Assembly: GCA_002633005.1 (NCBI GenBank)
Contig: NMRA01000516.1
Coordinates: 72,184-136,183, forward strand
Length of the DNA: 64,000 bases
DNA from: Phoronis australis
Lineage: Eukaryota; Animalia; Phoronida
Direction: 5' to 3'
The position numbers and the translations under genes were made by a program. Below the pieces are notes generated by a model. The model made no database searches, was not told the DNA's origin, and saw nothing but the letters and a program-made list of their open reading frames with translations. Below are positions 25,233-38,110 of this stretch, in pieces; position 1 is the first letter of the stretch, and each line of letters starts with the position of its first letter.

Positions 25233-26410
25233 AACTCTTTGAACAGTAGTTGATAAGAAGTGCAGCGGTATAACATTAACAAGTCATTGAAAAATAGAAC
25301 AACATTCAACAAATATTTTCGTCCAAATTGAAGGATTTCCCCATTGATAAGTGCTATTAGGACAGAAGATGTCAAAAATAAAATTATAAAAACTATCAAT
25401 GATAGCATGCTCTTGTTTGCTACAGCAAAGCATACAATACAGTTCTGTACCAAAATAAGGGTAAGAGAATCATGAGCTAGTGCCAGGGTAACTGTTCAAG
25501 AGCACAAAATGTGACATTTGGCACACTGGTGGCAATACAGATGGAAAATCTGGTCAAGCTCACACAACCCCAAACAACATTCATGCATTAAACACAGAAA
25601 ACAGAGTCATCATGCAAATCCTACTATCCCTAGCAATCTTCTTCCCTCACCTGAGCCATCTAAATTAAACCAGACAGCTGTTAAGAGAACAGTGTGTTCT
25701 GCAATACCACAAACCAGTCCTCTACCTCAGCTACTGTGCTCTTGATATGCAAATACTAAAAACTATGAACTCCAAGAAACATTTGCTGAAACTACTGTAA
25801 AGTCAGGTCTGATCCATTGTGATACAGAAATCTGAATGTAGCCAAGTAGGAATCAATATCATGCGGGTATTAAGTTTGCCATGTGAAATTTCTGTTGTTA
25901 AAATGTTTGCTTAAGGTTAGGGTTCTCACTATTTCACTAGTGTGTTCTTCACTATGAAACCAATGGCTCCACACAGAAAAGCAGTGTTGCAATTATTTTT
26001 AAATTTGCAAAGCTGCACCTCAATCCCCCATCTTTTAAGTACACAACTGGAATTACGTTTTGATAAATGACGTCCCACAAAAATAAACATTTAGAAAATT
26101 TTAGTCTGTTAAAAGTATCATGTAACACCTACTGGTAGATTAGATCATGTGCATCACTTGACCACCATCAGGGAAATAAAAACAAATGAAACGATTTCTA
26201 CAATTTCTATTCAAAACAACTGAAGAATTATGAATAAATCAAAATGTTAATTTGTTTGGATCCTTGCAACTGCCAATTAAATATGGGCGAGACTCACAAA
26301 ATTCTCTTTGCAATCTACGATAATAAGTATATTTACAACTTTAAAGACAAAATCAATATTTTTCAATGAAATTGACCATGCCCAAGCAATGAGAGGTAGA
26401 AGAATGAAAT

Positions 26411-26850
26411 GTTTTACTGACTGACCTACGCATCTCACAGGAATGATGGTAGACCATAAGGGAACAATGTTTTACTGGCAGACCTACCCAATCCACAGGA
26501 ATGATGATAGACCATCAGGGAACAATGTTTTACTGGCAGACCTACCCATCTCACAGGAGTGATGGTAGACTATAAGGGAAAAAAATGGGGTTACCAATAT
26601 TCCAGGGCGTCCATAATTCCGACGCGTAACCCCNAAAATGCATAGACCAAGGTTTTTACATCTAAGTTTACAAAACAGCCTTCTGTAGTGAGCATTTTTA
26701 ATAAAAAATTGGTGTAGACCAAGACTTTTACAATGCTATCAACCAAGTGTGAGCATAGGGAAAAATGTTTTACTGGCTGACCTACCCATCTCACAGGAGT
26801 GATGGTACAGCATGAAGGAAAAAACAATGTTTTACTGATTAACCAACCCA
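26411..26850. repeat. Degenerate ~59-bp tandem repeat (aatgttttactggcagacctacccatctcacagg...), interrupted near the N at 26634
   Basis: Three copies at 26.41-26.58 kb and further copies at 26.76-26.85 kb. Confidence 0.75.
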
Positions 26851-28045
26851 CCTCAAATAAATGATGATAGAACAAGACAATATTCCAAGTATGGTGTAAC
26901 CCAAATCTTTTTGAGATGTTAAGTAACTGACAAGAATATATAATACATGTAATAATGGACAAGCAGCTGAGGGTGTCCCTGTGTAAAACTGACAGTATAA
27001 TTCTTCACTTGTTTAGCAAACACTATGGCAGAAATGAGTAATAGCTTTCGTCTAATTTCTCAATAAAAATAAAAATAAAAATAAACATAAAGAAATTTCT
27101 AGTTCAAGGCAAGATTAGTACAGTAAATCTAACAACAATTTTTAGGACAATTTTTTCTGATAGATACGTATTTCCTAGACTAACAATAATAATATCGGAA
27201 ATACCTATAGTTCCAAAATGGCAGGCCATCCGAAAATTATGGTTTTAAGGGCAGCAAAGAAGCAAAGTTTGGGAAAATTTCAATTATTTTTGTAACAAAA
27301 ATGGAGCAAGGCTTACACCAACCCAGTATGTGTCCAGCAGTGTCGCAGTCTGAGTCCACCTCAGGTTGATTGACCCTTCGGAGAGACATGGTCTCTTAAG
27401 CCTGTTTGAGTAAACCTTGGAGCTAAGCCAGTTGAAATCCATTGATTGCAAGTATTATGTGTCGCTTGGCATTCCTAGGTAATGACACTTACACACTTAC
27501 ACACTAATGTTGTCATAGGAGAGGACTGGTTCAAAACCTAGAGGTCCTCCCACGAGGGGTCATCAGTCAGGTATCTGTCAAGTTGACTGCCCTCCTGAAA
27601 TGTAATTATTTTTAAGTGGTCCTAACCTGAAGTTATATGTATCCTGAACACCTAAATAAATGAAATGACTACACAGCCAGAATTACACTCATCCCATAAA
27701 ATTTCTAAGAATGAAAAACACGAACCCATAAAAGGCACTTCACTAACTGCCTCTGAGAAGTCACGTATTATTACTGAACGTTTCCTGTATATACCGCACT
27801 ATGTCTGTCATGGAGAGGCAGATTTCGGGGTGGGGGGAGGCATCCGGAAGCAACCAAAAACATTTTGCTGCCATTTCCCTTGAAAACTATGGTTGGACAC
27901 CCCTTACAACTTCCAATGTCAATTAGTGTGAAGAAGCTTTGGCTGGATTGTTCACAATGCACTGAAGTTTCAGTGAGTACGAAGCTTCGCTTTTAATCCA
28001 ACTATTATAAGCGAAGTTTCGCTTGCAGGTTAACTACCGGAGTTA

Positions 28046-29485
28046 CCGTATTCGCCGTAATAAGCGCCCAGGGCATTTAGAAAAGTTTGGTTCAGGGGGG
28101 GGGCGCTTATTATAACCCAAGGCGGTTGAAACCCGGTCTCCGAAACGGTGAAATCGGAAGCTAAGATTCATCAAATTTACGCTCTGTGACGTATCTGTAA
28201 TCTATGAAAGACTTTCGACAAAACTGTGGTGCATTGCTATCAAACTTTGCTACTTAATTACGATCATTTTACAGAAAATTGTGCTGAAATCCCAGGGCGA
28301 AAACTCGCCGACTGACTGCCTCGAAATCGCCGTCTTCGATATGACGACTTCAATGCTTGAATAAAAATAGTTTCGACTCAAGCAAGTTACCTGAAATCTT
28401 CATTAGTTTTCTAACGTCTCTAACATTTTTTTAAGTTCCCGTGGAGTCTGGATTAACGGCAGGTTTAAGTACAAATCTGCAACATCGTGCCATCGACATG
28501 TATGATCGGCAACACGATGATAAAAATGTCTGGACGAACACACATGCTGTTGTCACGTGACGTTTGTTTTGAAGTTCGTCTGCATTTGTGAGTAAGCGAG
28601 CGCGTGCGTGTCACCAGAGTTCATTTGCCAAAGCAGAGACCGTCTTTTGGCCAGAGCCACGCAATCTAACGAGCTAGATGTGCATTGATTGTGTCTAAAG
28701 AAATTTGCACAAGCAGTAGACCTAAACCTAAACCAGAGCGTGTTTCATTCAGCACTTGCCGGTCTCATGTGCTAAAAACATTCAACATTTGTCTCGGTAA
28801 GGCTCATATTAGTCGCCGTGTAGCTGGATACGTACGTACATGTAACTATCTGACAGTTATTTTTCGGTGTAAGGGTGTGTAAGCATTCACTGTCAGTTGT
28901 CATTTTATTGGATATTCGGCTTAAGAATACCAATTAAGGTTAATCAAACAATCTATCTCCTAAATAACGCAAACATGTTTTATAGTATTAGAAATTGTCG
29001 GAAATTAGTGCCAATATTCATTTCTTACCGATGCTATGCTACACGTTTCAAGACTGGATAGTTCCCAAGTAATGTCTTTGATGACAGGTTCATATATGTA
29101 GCGCGCGCTTCCCGGCCACGTGCGTTTAACACCGAGTTATTTTTATTCGTGAGACAGTCGATGTGTCTGTACTGAAAGGTCAGACCATAGTAGGACATGG
29201 TCGTCGCGAAAGTAGCAACGCTGTTGCGTTCTTTTTGAAGCGCTGCGTTACTTTGATGTATATAGTTATGGCTTAATACAAACGTAGCTGTGCCGCTGGT
29301 GGTCTAGAAGACCCGTGCAAAATTTTTTTGATAAATTGAAGACGTTATTGTAGCCGAGTTTTAGGACTGTAAGTACGTCATTGTTCGCACGTACACGTTC
29401 ATGTACTGGGCGCTTATTTCAGCAAAGTCTGAAAACGCGTGGGGAGCGCTTATAGGGGCATGGGCAGTTATTACGGCGAATACGG
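28046..29485. mobile_element. Non-autonomous Tc1/mariner-pogo-like element, copy 1
   Basis: TA|CCGTATTCGCCGTAATAA...TTATTACGGCGAATACGG|TA, i.e. TA TSD and TIR. No ORF. Confidence 0.85.
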
Positions 29486-30517
29486 TACCTTTCCCATTTA
29501 CCAAAACTTCCGAAAAAGCGAAGTTTCTCTTCTGATGGGAAAACATCTATTGATACATTAATTCAGGCAAGCTATTGCTCAGCTATTAATAAAACAGTAA
29601 CATAGGTTCTTTATATTAATTCAATTAACTGAACAAAACAGCAGAGCCAAAACTGTCATTTACCAGTTTCTCATTGTTACAATACACACATTATCCCCAC
29701 ACCTATGATCAAACTGAATGATCAGACAACTACTAGTAACAAAACAGGACTACACTACCTAATCATATGACTCACCAATTTTGGAAGGGTCATGTTGGCA
29801 ACCCTGTTAAAGATAACGGTTTGCTTAGGAGATATGAACTAATCTCCCAATAGTTCAAAGCATAGGTTTTCAAATTTGACACAAGTCAGCCCAACTCATC
29901 GCAGCAAAATTCAGACACAATGACACAACGCAGGTTGTGGAGAATATTTTACAATGAATGTTATATGCAGCCGAATGTGGGCTTGATGTCCAATATTTCT
30001 TCTACACAGACACACACTGAGCGAATAACTTGAAAGTCAAGTGAACCCTACTCAGTGTAAGAGAAATGTTTTTCAGAAGGGGAGGCATGCCCTAAGCTAT
30101 AAAAAGTCTGGGGTCCTAAAATAAGACCTGTCTAGTCGTCGCAACCAACCTCGTTGCCACAAGATTTCATAGAACTACCACCTCCCCCCAATTGACACAG
30201 AACATACTTAGCTTAACGGATAATATAGCACTGATCATGTTATAGGAAAGACAAATCAAAGTCTATGCTCTGACCATGCATTCACACTTGAAACACTAAG
30301 GAAGTTTAGTAGTTTAGGTAAGCATTTTCACAGGTGTCAGTACATTAAGCAGCCTGTTGTAAGCAGCCTATAACCAGCCACGCAACATTCAAGGTTGCAA
30401 ATAATGTTACTCTTCCATTCCAATACACTCAACAGATGATAAGTGATGTTTAAATTAACATTGTGGCATCTCATTACTTATCATAACAAGAGATGGTTAA
30501 AACCAAAGGAATCTTAC

Positions 30518-30548
30518 CTGAGTAAATATTTCCCTGTTGATTGCCCAT
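30518..30548 (-). CDS. Candidate short first coding exon MGNQQGNIYS, possible N-myristoylation start
   Basis: acatcATGGGC start and strong donor CAG|GTAAGA. Phase 1 matches exon 13322-13479. Human SRCIN1 also starts MGN. Confidence 0.65.
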
Positions 30549-32541
30549 GATGTCACACAGGGATAATTTACACCTGGTCACCAGTGACCCACAGTTCTTA
30601 CTCAGTGTTGCTGTCCCTTAATCACCTGCCCACACAGGTACATATTCAGAGCCAGTGTATGAAGGCCTACTAGTTCTAGGTAAACTTGAAGTAATGATGT
30701 AACAGTTGTATCAATAAGAAATGTGATTGCTTAACCACAAGCCACTATAACACATAACCTTCAAGTACAAACAGGTAAATGAAAGCACTGTAGACAAACA
30801 GGCCAGGTAAACAGAGCAGTGTGGTTGTCCCAAAATAGTAACAACAATCATGAAAATAACTTCTTCCAACAATTAACTTTCAGTCTATTGTTGCCACAGC
30901 TCATCAGTTGATCAATCCACAATATACAAATTCCATCACTCTAGTAATATACCCTAATCCAAGTTACATCACTGTAATCCACTCAAGCACAAATAGATCC
31001 ACAAAATCCATGTGTATTTCAGCTAGACTGCAGGTAAATCCAATTTTCTGGTTCATCAGAATTTAGTCCCCAGTGTGGTATGGTACACCAGACATGGTGG
31101 TCACATCCATGTCCACATAAGATTTTTTGAAGAGCCAAAACCTCAATACAATTGATCAGAAAATCAAACAAGATCCAATGTGTGGGTAACCTGGCATGCA
31201 AGCACCCACTTCAAGGTGTTGGACAATAACTGAGTCCCATTTGGTCCTGTCTAGATAGCAATTAAGTAGTCTGTAGTGGACAGTATATGACATGAAGACC
31301 AGCAAACAGTTGCAAATTCACCACCAGAGCCTTAATAAAAGCACTATTCACATAAATATTTGCTGGCCATTGGAATGCCAAGTACTTTGAACCTTGCATG
31401 TAATGATCAGAGCAAAAGCTTCACAAAAATGTCACTCATCAACAACCAGTTATGCCCAATACTCCCTTTTTATTCAATCAACTGTTTAAGTCATAGTTCA
31501 CCCCAATGACAGGTCAGCTGGGTATAGATTTCTGATACACTCATTGTACAGTAAGTAATATGTCAACATTGGAGGTGAATAGATGCACCCTAAAGGACAG
31601 AATCAACAGTGTCCCCTTGGGAACTAGGTCATATTTCTCACAACAAAGGAACAATAACACATGACTCACCTATAATTTAATAGGCATTTGGCTGAAACAC
31701 AAGCAGAAATGTACAAGAGGAAAAATGTCCCATGCACACCAAAGAAAAAAAGTTCCACTTCTCATGAGCATTAAATTTCACAACAAATGACTTGAGAGCA
31801 AGCTTGAGAACCCACGAAAATGAAATTTGGTTGATGTTCCCAGGAAAAAACAACATGGCTGCAAGGACTCTAAATCGCGAAAAAAAATTCCAGGGAATAA
31901 AACAGGTGAATGGAATTTGCACTGAAAGAGGTCCCTAAATTGAATCTAGCTAGGAATCCCTAAGGGCAACACAGACCCTGTTCTCACAAAAAAGAAGCAG
32001 GCATTGCTTATAATGCAGGAGCAATGACACATAATGTTCACACCAGGTTCAACCCATAACCCATTTACGTACATAAAATGAACAAAAAGGTTCAAAACAA
32101 TGAACATTGAAAACAGATTACATTAGTTACATGTATATTCTAAAGATACAACCAGTCAGTACACCTTTAGCTCTGGACCAATTCATTACAAACCAACTGA
32201 AAACTGACACGCCAACCTTTAACTGACACCCACTTTTATATTAGTGGATAAAAGGTTTACTTGTTGAGGTTGATGAGGTTCACCACATTGATGAATTAAC
32301 AAAGATACCAAGGTGACACTACACCACTACCAAAGGATTCACACATACTTCAGGTTGTTTCACTTATGAAAATCGCCCCTCAAGCACTCTAAGTAACAAA
32401 TATATCATAACAGTAGAGACAAGTATTCACAATTCTTTCCCCATCTAAAATATAACAAACACCTGTACTAGGACATACGATATGTTAAATATACATAAAA
32501 CAACCTAAAAAAGAAGACATCAAGTAACTGTACAAGAGAAG

Positions 32542-32700
32542 AGGCAGTGTAGCCTGGTTGATAAGTGCCCGCTTTCTTTACTCAAGGTCCTGGGTTTAAG
32601 TCCCACCAGGTCACACTGCTAAACCCTTGAGCCAGGTTTCTAGCTCCTCAGCTCGGTTTTAACCATATATTAATAAAGCATAAAAATATTTCCAGGTGAT
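32542..32700 (+). mobile_element. tRNA-derived SINE (degenerate)
   Basis: A-box-like TAGCCTGGTTGA and B-box-like GGTTTAAGTCC at tRNA spacing, but no intact cloverleaf. Confidence 0.55.
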
Positions 32701-33365
32701 CAGTGCAATGGGCCCACATGCAAGGCCTGCGCACGTCTGGTACAACGTATATCAGACTGCCTGCAATTATTTTATATTTTTTATAGCTGTACAAGAAAGA
32801 GCAAAGCGCCGTGTTGAGTCATATGCACCTACAATGTGCATCATATACAGTAGATACCAGAGATGATCATTAGTTCATATTCTCACTAAAAGGGAGTATA
32901 CTAGTGAACTAGCCTCTAGTAGGTGCAAAGCAAATCAGAAATGCTCTCCTCACTAGGAACACACACCTGCTACCTTCCATCATTCTTCACTCACTTTGGG
33001 GAACAGGCAGGTGTCGGGAAACGAAGAAGTTATACAGAAACATTAAAAAGGCCATTAGGGTCACAACAAAAATCCGTCTGAAATGGGGCTTTACACGACA
33101 TCCATGTTGTAACGTATTTGCCAAATTTCATAACCATCCATCAAGGACTTTGATAGATATCAAGACAAACACAAAGAAAAACTAGAAAGATTATTGTCAC
33201 AGCGTGACAATAATCTTTCTAGTTTTTCTTTGTCACATCGTGACAATAACAGACTCTGCGCGTGCGTATTACTGAATACTGTTGTTATAAATATAGAGTC
33301 AACAGGGAAAGTCATTATTGTAGTCATACATGTAGAGTCAACAGGGAAAGTCCTTATTGTAGTTA

Positions 33366-34776
33366 CCGTATTCGCCGTAATAACCACCCAGGGCGCTTAG
33401 AAAACTTCAGTTCAGGGGGGCGCTTATTATAACCCAAGGCGGTTGAAACCCGGTCTCCAAAACGGGTGAAATCGGTAGCTAAGATTCATCATATTTATGC
33501 TCTGTGACCTCAATGTAATCTATGAAAGACTTGCAACAAAACTGTGGTGCATTGCTATCAAACTTCGTTGCTAAATTACTATCATTTTATAGAAAATTGT
33601 GCTGAAATCCCAGGGCGAAAACTCGCCAACTGACTGCCTCGAAATCGCCGTCTTCGATATGGCGACTTCAATGCTTGAATAATAATGGTTTCGACTCAAG
33701 CAAATTATCTGAAATCCTCATTAAGTTTTATAAGTAGCGTCTCTAAGATTATTTTAAGTTCCCGTGGAGTCTGGATTAATGGCAGGTTTAAGTACAAATC
33801 TGTGCAACATTGTGCCATCTACGTGTATGATCGGCAACAAGGCGAGAAAAATGTCTGGACGAACACACATGTTGTTGTCACATGACGTTCGTTTCGAAGT
33901 TCATCTGCGAGTAAGCGAGCGCATGCGTGTCACCAGAGTTCATTTGCCAAAGCAGGGACCGTCTTTTGGCCAGAGCCACGAAATCTAACTAGCTAGATGA
34001 GTCTAAAGAAATTTGCACAAGCAGTAGGCCTCAACCAGAGAGTGTTTCATTCAGCACTTGCCGGTCTCGTGCTAAAAACTTTCGACATTTGTCTCGGTAA
34101 GGCCCATATTAGTCGCCGTGTAGCTGGATACATACATAACTATCTGACTTATTTTTCGGTGTAAGGGTATGTAAGCATTCACTGTCAGTTGTCATTTTAT
34201 CGGATATTCGAATTAAAAACACCAAGTATGTTTAATCAAACAATCCATCTCAAAAATAACGCAAACATGTTTTATAGTATTAGAAATTGTCGGAAATTAG
34301 TGCCAATATTCATTTCTTATCGATGCTACGCTACCCGTTTCATGAATGGATAGTTCCCGACTAATGTATTTGATGACAGATTCATGTATGTAGCGCACGC
34401 TTCCTGGCCACGTGCGTTTAACACCGAGTTATTTTCATTCATGAGACAGTCGATGTGTCTACAGAAAAGGTCAGACCATAGTGGGACACGGTCGTCGCTA
34501 GAGCGTAGCAATGCTGCTGCATTCTTTTTGAAGCGCTGCGTTACTTTGAAGTGTAAAGTCACGGCTAAATACGAAAGTAGCAGTGCCGCTGGTGGTCTAG
34601 AAAACCCGTGCAAAAGTTTTTTGATAAATTGAAAACGTTATTGTAGCCGAGTTTTAGGACTGTAGGTACGTCATTGTTCGCATGTACACGTTCATGGACA
34701 GGCCGCTTATTTAAGCAAAGTCTGAAAACGAGTGGGGGGCTTATAGGGGCATGGGCGGTTATTATGGCGAATACGG
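33366..34776. mobile_element. Non-autonomous Tc1/mariner-pogo-like element, copy 2, inserted in a ~39-bp minisatellite
   Basis: Same TIR and TA TSD as 28046-29485, and colinear with it throughout. Confidence 0.85.
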
Positions 34777-34778
34777 TA

Positions 34779-35078
34779 TACATGTAGAGTCAACATGAGA
34801 AGTCATTATTTTAGTCATACATGTAGAGTCAACAGGGAAAGTCGTTATTGCAGTCGTACATGTAGAGTCAACAGGGAAAGTCGTTATTGTAGTTATCCAT
34901 GTAGAGTCAACAGGGAAAGTCGTTATTGAAGTCATACATACAGAGTCGACAGGGAAAGTCATTATTGTAGTCATACACTTAAGTAGAGTCAACAGGGAAA
35001 GCCAATATTGTTATCATACATGTAAAGTAAACAACAAAAGTCATTATTGTAATCATATATGTAGAGTCAACAGGGAAA
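34779..35078. repeat. ~39-bp minisatellite (catgtagagtcaacagggaaagtcattattgtagtcata); left part at 33290-33363
   Basis: About 8 copies to the right and 2 to the left of the TE. Confidence 0.9.
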
Positions 35079-35124
35079 GATTCTCTTGTTGCTTCAAATT
35101 TGTAGTCAGCTGTGGAAAGTCCAT

Positions 35125-35640
35125 TAGGTACCTGTTCTCCTGGAGTGTAAAAATCAAGAAATTCCCTCTATCATGATATAATCTAGAATCACCCTTAATT
35201 AACTTGTCAAGCAGGCCTTTTGTGTTGGTACACAATACTGTGGCTGAGCTGGTCAGCACTTACAGTCACACAAAGGAATCAACAGGAGGTGAAAGTTAAG
35301 TCTAATTACTCTGATAGTCAATGGGGTTTTTCTCCATTCCAAGTCTTTTGGTGAAAGCATTTCATACAAAACACACCTGCTTCAAAGCAATTGTTGAAAG
35401 TGGTTCGCAAATAGTATTTTTAAATATCTAGTTAGCATCAGTGGCCCTGTTCACAACATAATTGCTGGATTACATGAGCATCAGATGAAAGACACAATAT
35501 TAGAGCTGGACTATCACTGACTTAACATTAGTTTGCCACTGTTAAACTGATAAGGACAAGGCTGTATCCTGACTGACAGATCAGTGGACTGGCCGGATCA
35601 GTCAGTCGGGATGCTGATTCCACTACGCGGGTGCATAACA
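35125..35640. mobile_element. Unclassified interspersed repeat; related copies at ~50520-50920 (same orientation) and ~50975-51250 (inverted)
   Basis: Shared blocks such as gtgtaaaatcaagaaatt..atctagaatca and ...cgggtgcataac. Confidence 0.6.
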
Positions 35641-37481
35641 CACTAGAGCTGTCACAAATGTAGAGATGGAAACACCTCTAGTAGTAGGTTTAACTCAGTG
35701 CCAAAAGGCATATTGCTAGAGAACAGTGTTTAATTCTGACAAGCATGTAATTACTACAGGACTTTCCCAGCAAGCCTCTCAGCAGTTATTCCAATACACC
35801 AACTGGTACTGCCAGCATGATGAATCACCAACAGACCACAAGACTAAATAGCCGCATTTCACCTTGAGACACCATTAGTTTCTCCTTTCTGGGGGCAATA
35901 AGGATGGCTATGGTTTCAACATTTCAATCTGATGAGATTGCTGTTTAACAGGGAACTTTTCATATTGGCCCTCTCTAGAGTAATGAGAGTGTGAAAATGG
36001 CTCTTTGTATTGATGTAGATCTCAGTGAACTAATCAAGTGGAAAGGTAATAGCTAGCACTACTGTCTTATCACACACAAATTGTTTTTTTTTGGCATTTG
36101 CAGAGTTCAACCTACAACTGTGGACAGTAGTTTTAACTTGGTACATTTAAAAATAACAAAATGACAAAAAGTTAATTTGTTTTTATCTTGACCAAGGATC
36201 ATTTCACAAAGGAAATTTGCTTTTAAAATATGTTTCATGTCAGTTTTTGTTATTTCATTTTTAATACTCATGTCTGCTTTTTTTCTTACCGGAACTTGAA
36301 GTACCAAAACAGTGGTAGATTTTGATCGCTAGCAAAACTTATAATTAGTTTAGTTAATTCTGAACCCATCCCTGAACTTTCCAGATTACAGCTACATTAA
36401 ACATTTCACAGCGAACAAAACCACACGTATCATTAGTTCAAGTTTAATCTTTATTACAACTCAAATCATAAAATATACACATGAGTGCAAATATAGTGAT
36501 AGCCAACCTGAAGATTTGAAAATCTCTGGACAATTTTGGTTGCACTGACTACATAACTATTAATAGCTTTTTGTCACTCATAAAAAATGAAGAGTGGGCA
36601 CAAGTTAAATACAACCGTTTCCAAGTGAAAATGTGGTTAAACGAGATTGAATTTAAGAATATTAAAAGAATAATCCATGTGACATTGTTCACAATGATCA
36701 GCTTTTGTAAATCCACCAAGCATATCGATACGGACAGACGTTTATCTTCAATTGTACCCAATGTTAGTAGTTTTTAGCTCATTAGTTCATAGATTTTTAA
36801 AAATGGAAACCTTACTTGGTTGTATTTTCCAGTTGAAAAATGTCGTGGTGTTTAAGTTCTTAACGAAAATTATTGGTTAATGTAGTTTGAAAATTCGCCA
36901 TAATGTACAGGCAAAGATGTTTACTACAGTATATGGCTGGGTAACTGCACTTACTTGGGTCTTGCTCGCACCAGATAATGCGGTCATCACAACTGTATCC
37001 GACTTCGGTGCCCTGGTAAAAAGCCGCTCAGGACAAGCGGTGACATCCTTGTAAGTGAGGGGTATTATTCATGGTATGTGGGATCAAAATTCTCTACCTT
37101 TATCAACCGCAGCCACTGGCACTGATGCTGTTTCTTCTTTGCATAGGGAAATGTATGGAACATGTTTTTGTTCACCCATTCGGGCAATTCAAGAGGTTTG
37201 CCTTTTTTGGAAGGCAATAATACACCCCACCACAGAGCAATGGAAATCAGTTTGGAGCAATATGAAAGCAGGAAAGATGTTAAAACATAGTTTATACCAG
37301 TAAGTTGAAACCTGCCATCAGTATTACCATGGGATCTGTAAACTGCCTTTCCACCAAAGGCCTGATCGCCGTCACTGGGATAGTGAATTTCAAAATGGCA
37401 GGTCTATTTCCAGGGCTTGGAATGACCAGAAACAGAGGAATATTTTCTAGGTGATGTATCTGTTGATGTACTATTTTATTT

Positions 37482-37870
37482 TGTAGTGCGTAACGTTGCG
37501 TAATGCTACATGCGTAATCGGGCTCAAGCTTCTTATATAACCGACGTTACGGTACTATACCGCCTTCTTGACATGAACCGCTCTACTAGTAACGCTTACA
37601 ACTCTGATGTTTTCATGGAGCCTAGAGCCTATATCATTGTAAGTTTATACTATTTTTCACATACTACCGTAGAGTTCACTGGCTATTTCTTGTATTGTAC
37701 AAAACTGTTTAACACATGATATATTACCGAGTATCTTTATTGTATTGTAACGTGAACGTATTTCCCATGACTTAGTATTCGATTATATTTGTTTCAGTGA
37801 AACCGGCCTTGTCGGACAGAACGCGTTTAACGTCAACTTAGCTGTGAATAAACGTATCATATTCGACTAT
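37482..37870 (+). mobile_element. Possible solo LTR
   Basis: Starts TGTAGT, has TATATAA (~37534) and AATAAA (~37847), and is CpG-rich. The 3' CA and a TSD are not clear. Confidence 0.3.
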
Positions 37871-38007
37871 CCCATGAGTTCAAAGCCCAGGGTATTCCCC
37901 TGCGTGTAAACTTCTTGGCGACACGCCACGCTCCTTTTTGGCCCCGCCACTCAAATTGACTGCCACACACTTAATCATGACGGGAAACTTCACCGCCAGT
38001 CAAAAAT

Positions 38008-38110
38008 CGCTAGTAAAAATGATCACTAGTAAAAATGATCGCTAGTTAAATGAATTGCTAGTAAAAATAATGGCTAGTAAAAATGATAGCTAGTAAAAAT
38101 GATAGCTAGT
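38008..38110. repeat. 16-bp minisatellite (gctagtaaaaatgatc); resumes at 41850-41900
   Basis: Same unit on both sides of the Helentron-like array. Confidence 0.9.

Noticed and set aside
32542-32615. tRNA gene
   Set aside because: Has Pol III boxes but no intact cloverleaf; better explained as a SINE head.
36955-36987. MTALSGASKTQ|gtaagt candidate first exon (minus strand)
   Set aside because: Phase 0 is incompatible with exon 13479 and would require skipping it; no other support.
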